Below are positions 25,427 to 28,011 of a stretch of DNA of 28,011 bases, in pieces (position 1 is the first letter of the stretch; the number at the start of each line of letters is the position of its first letter). The DNA comes from an uncultured Actinomycetales bacterium (GTDB lineage Bacteria; Actinomycetota; Actinomycetes; CAXTBU01). Both the position numbers and the translations under genes were made by a program. The notes under the pieces are model-generated. The model saw nothing but the letters and a program-made list of their open reading frames with translations. It made no database searches and was not told the DNA's origin. The DNA lies in NCBI GenBank assembly GCA_964237095.1, contig CAXSIB010000001.1, positions 1 to 28,011 on the forward strand, written 5' to 3'.

Positions 25427-26329
25427 ATGCCGGAACTGCCGGAGGTCCAGGCGCTCTCGTCGTTCCTGACCGAGCGCGCGGTCGGGCACGTCGTGCGCCG
25501 GGTCGACCCGGCGTCGTTCGCGGTGCTCAAGACCTTCGACCCGCCGGTGACCGCGCTCGCCGGCGGGACGGTCACGGCCGTCGCCCGCCACGGGAAGTTC
25601 CTCGACCTGACGGTCGCGCCGGCGGAGCCCGAGGTCGCGGGCACGCCCACGGGGCCGACGCTGCACCTGGTGTTCCACCTGTCCCGTGCGGGCTGGCTGC
25701 GCTGGAAGGACGAGCAGCCGGCGCTGCCGCCGAAGCCGGGGCGCGGCCCGCTCGGGCTCCGCGTCACCCTCGACGACGGCAGCGGCTTCGACCTCACCGA
25801 GCAGGGCACCCAGAAGCGGCTCGCGGTGTACGTCGTCACCGACCCGGCGCTGGTGCCGGGCATCGCGCGGCTCGGGCCCGACCCGTTCGACCCCCTGTTC
25901 ACCGCCGACACCCTCGACGCGATCCTGACCGCGGCCGGGCGCGCCCAGCTCAAGGGCATCCTGCGCGACCAGTCGGTGATCGCGGGGATCGGGAACGCCT
26001 ACTCCGACGAGATCCTGCACGCGGCCCGGCTGTCCCCGTTCAAGCCGGCGTCGGGGATGACCGCGGCCGAGCGGGCGACGCTGTTCGCCGCGATGCAGGA
26101 CACCCTCGCCGACGCCGTCGGCCGCTCCGCCGGGCTCGCGGCGGCCTCGCTGAAGGCGGAGAAGAAGGTGGGCCTGCGGGTCCACGCGCGGGCCGGCCAG
26201 CCCTGTCCGGTGTGCGGGGACACTGTGCGCGAGGTCTCGTTCGCGGACTCCGCCCTCCAGTACTGCCCGACCTGCCAGACCGGCGGCAAGCCCCTCGCCG
26301 ACCGCCGCCTCTCCCGCCTCGTCCGCTAG
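25427..26329 (+). CDS. Fpg/Nei-family DNA glycosylase/AP lyase (actinobacterial Fpg2-like)
   Basis: MPELPEV, RHGKFL, HLSRAGW, H2TH GIGNAYSDEILH, zinc finger C-x2-C-x16-C-x2-C. Confidence 0.93.
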   Translation: MPELPEVQALSSFLTERAVGHVVRRVDPASFAVLKTFDPPVTALAGGTVTAVARHGKFLDLTVAPAEPEVAGTPTGPTLHLVFHLSRAGWLRWKDEQPALPPKPGRGPLGLRVTLDDGSGFDLTEQGTQKRLAVYVVTDPALVPGIARLGPDPFDPLFTADTLDAILTAAGRAQLKGILRDQSVIAGIGNAYSDEILHAARLSPFKPASGMTAAERATLFAAMQDTLADAVGRSAGLAAASLKAEKKVGLRVHARAGQPCPVCGDTVREVSFADSALQYCPTCQTGGKPLADRRLSRLVR

Positions 26330-26349
26330 GGCTGCGGGAGGATGACGCC

Positions 26350-26685
26350 ATGACCTCCGGACCGCAGACCGTGCCCACCACCACGCTGGACACCTACGAC
26401 CACGACGCCGCGCTGCTCGACGTGCGCGAGCCCGGCGAGTTCGCCGCCGGCCACGCGCCGGGCGCGCTGAACATCCCCCTCGGCCAGCTGGCGGACCGTC
26501 TCGGGGAGATCCCGGCGGGCGACGTCGTGGTGACCTGCAAGCGCGGCGGCCGAGCCTCCAAGGCCACGGCCCAGCTGCTCGGGGCGGGCCGCAACGCGGT
26601 CAACCTCGACGGCGGGATGCAGGCGTGGTCCGACGACGGCCGCCCGATGGTGAGCGAGAACGGCGACGCGCCGACGGTCCTCTGA
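26350..26685 (+). CDS. Single-domain rhodanese
   Basis: LLDVREPGEF..GHAPGA.NIP, active loop CKRGGR, NLDGGMQAW; GGAGG SD. Confidence 0.92.
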   Translation: MTSGPQTVPTTTLDTYDHDAALLDVREPGEFAAGHAPGALNIPLGQLADRLGEIPAGDVVVTCKRGGRASKATAQLLGAGRNAVNLDGGMQAWSDDGRPMVSENGDAPTVL

Positions 26686-26695
26686 CCCGAGCGGG

Positions 26696-26830
26696 AGCTC
26701 CGGTGGACGCTGGGCAATGGTCGGTGGACCGAACGTGAAGGTCGCGGTTTCCTGCCTGTACCCCACCTGTGCGCAACGGAAACCCGCGTCCGGAGCTGGT
26801 GCGGAGGGTCTCCCAGCCCCTAGTCTGAGA
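26696..26830. ncRNA. Candidate structured non-coding region (unassigned)
   Basis: Less GC-rich than flanks; complementary segments 26696-26710/26786-26797 and 26743-26752/26778-26788; no known riboswitch consensus recognised. Confidence 0.3.
26758..26783 (-). promoter_or_regulatory. SigF/SigB-type stress promoter match, antisense to rhodanese
   Basis: Minus strand GTTT-16 nt-GGGTAC matches the actinobacterial SigF/SigB consensus GTTT-N15-17-GGGTA. Confidence 0.45.
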
Positions 26831-26833
26831 TCA

Positions 26834-26886
26834 CCCTCGGGGGCGACGCCAGGCGCTCGGCGACCGCCCCCGAGGGCTTTCTGCTG
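26834..26886 (+). terminator. Intrinsic terminator-like hairpin
   Basis: CCCTCGGGGGCG (26834-26845) / CGCCCCCGAGGG (26865-26876), 12-bp perfect stem with inner CGCC/GGCG, followed by CTTTCT. Confidence 0.75.
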
Positions 26887-26964
26887 CCTGGGTTCGGTTC
26901 TGCGCGGGCTCGACACCGTCGTGGTCGGTCCGGCGGTTCGCTTCGGCCGGGCGCGGGGGCCCGC

Positions 26965-27807
26965 GTGGCGATCGTGACCCCCGGGGGCGGCCTCCCGCGG
27001 GTGATCGCGCACCGCGGCTCGTCCCTGGCCTTCCCCGAGCACACCCGCGCGGCCTACCTCCGTGCCCTCGACGAGGGGGCCGACGGCCTCGAGTGCGACG
27101 TCCGGCTCACCCGCGACCTCGTGCCGGTGCTGCTCCACGACGGGCGCCTGGACGCGACGACCGACGCGTCGGGCCCGGTGGGCGAGCGGACCGCCGACGA
27201 GCTCGACGCGGTCCTGGTCTCGGCCCGCCGGACGCTGCGCCGGCGCCGGCGCGACGACCGCCGCGCGCGCCTCGACGGCCCTGGTGCATCAGTGGCCGGG
27301 GGCGGGGCCGGCGACGCCGGGGAGCGGGAGACCGGCGTCCTGCGGCTGGCGGACTTCCTGGCCGTCGCGGCCGCCGCCGGTCGGCCGGTGGAGCTGGCGC
27401 TGGAGACCAAGCACCCGGCGCGGTCCGGCCGCCAGATCGAGAGCGCGGTCGTGGCCGCGCTCGCCACCCAACCCGCGCTCCGGCCGGGCGCCCGGGTCAT
27501 GAGCTTCTCGGCGGCGGCCCTGCGGCGCCTGCGGGAGCTGGATCCGCAGCTGCCCACGGTGCTGCTGCTCGCCGACCCGCACGCGGGGCACCGGTCCGCG
27601 CTGCCGCCGTGGGTCGACTCGGCGGGGCCCTCGGTCCGCCAGCTCCACCGCGACCCCGAGCTGGTGGCCCGCATGCACGACGAGGGCCACGAGGTCCACG
27701 TCTGGACGGTCGACGCCGACGCCGACCTCGACCACTGCGTCGCCCTCGGCGTCGACGTCGTCATCACCAACCGCCCGGCCCACGTCCTGCGCCGCCTCGG
27801 CCGCTGA
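26965..27807 (+). CDS. Glycerophosphodiester phosphodiesterase (GlpQ/UgpQ family)
   Basis: VIAHRG, PEHT.AAY, GADGLECDVRLTRD..PVLLHD, ALETK, HVWTVD, GVDVVITNRP. Confidence 0.93.
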   Translation: MAIVTPGGGLPRVIAHRGSSLAFPEHTRAAYLRALDEGADGLECDVRLTRDLVPVLLHDGRLDATTDASGPVGERTADELDAVLVSARRTLRRRRRDDRRARLDGPGASVAGGGAGDAGERETGVLRLADFLAVAAAAGRPVELALETKHPARSGRQIESAVVAALATQPALRPGARVMSFSAAALRRLRELDPQLPTVLLLADPHAGHRSALPPWVDSAGPSVRQLHRDPELVARMHDEGHEVHVWTVDADADLDHCVALGVDVVITNRPAHVLRRLGR

Positions 27808-27906
27808 CCGTCCGGCACGCGCGTCAGCAGCTGACCTCGCTTCGACTGTCGACCCGTGCGCGCTCGGCGACGCGCCACCCATCGTGGGCCGACCGCCTTC
27901 GCCCTC

Positions 27907-28011
27907 CTAGGGCGTGTCTCCTAAGGGTTGTAGCCAGATGAGGACGGCGGCGAGGTGGACTCCGGCCCGGTAGATACGGGCGTGTTTGTCGTAGCGGGTC
28001 GCGAGCCCGCG
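27907..28011 (-). mobile_element. Right end of IS5-family insertion sequence (transposase C-terminus and terminal IR), truncated by window edge
   Basis: Minus strand reads RGLATRYDKHARIYRAGVHLAAVLIWLQPLGDTP*; ATRYDK..Y.A...LAA..IW is the IS5/IS427-group signature; ends GGAGACACGCCCTAG at a CTAG. Confidence 0.85.

Noticed and set aside
26800-26845. CTGAGA..ACCC as a TPP riboswitch
   Set aside because: Lacks the downstream AACCTGAT/TAATGCC-GCGNAGG elements and no thiamine gene follows
26717-26977. 86-aa ORF in the structured intergenic region
   Set aside because: Many A/T third positions unlike real genes here, no SD, and it crosses a terminator-like hairpin

Overview
Very GC-rich bacterial DNA, almost certainly Actinomycetota (inferred from gene content, NNS codon bias and TAnnnT boxes just before start codons). 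About 24 real CDSs can be picked out of many long GC shadow ORFs. Left to right: the 5' end of a secreted protein running off the left edge; a DUF3662-FHA protein (FhaA-like); IPP isomerase; a fused four-domain ABC exporter; a DUF1524/HNH nuclease; an EcsC-family protein; an SDR oxidoreductase; L/F-tRNA-protein transferase; a bacterial-type prolyl-tRNA synthetase, an S53 peptidase, then a second, eukaryote/archaeal-type prolyl-tRNA synthetase; a GH9 hydrolase; an NAD-dependent epimerase/dehydrogenase coupled to a galactonate-dehydratase-like enolase; topoisomerase IB; a Phd/VapC toxin-antitoxin pair with a palindromic operator; an AAA ATPase; a three-gene operon of a 52-aa membrane microprotein (absent from the ORF track) and two double-PRC-barrel proteins; a polymerase-less PolX/PHP protein, an Fpg/Nei glycosylase and a rhodanese; a structured intergenic region; a glycerophosphodiester phosphodiesterase; and the end of an IS5-family element at the right edge. 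No rRNA, tRNA or CRISPR array was seen. Best candidates for something undescribed: the microprotein + PRC + PRC operon, the two ProRS types side by side, the PolX-PHP/Fpg pair and the 26.7-26.9 kb structured region. All family calls come from motif recognition by eye; no database search was run.
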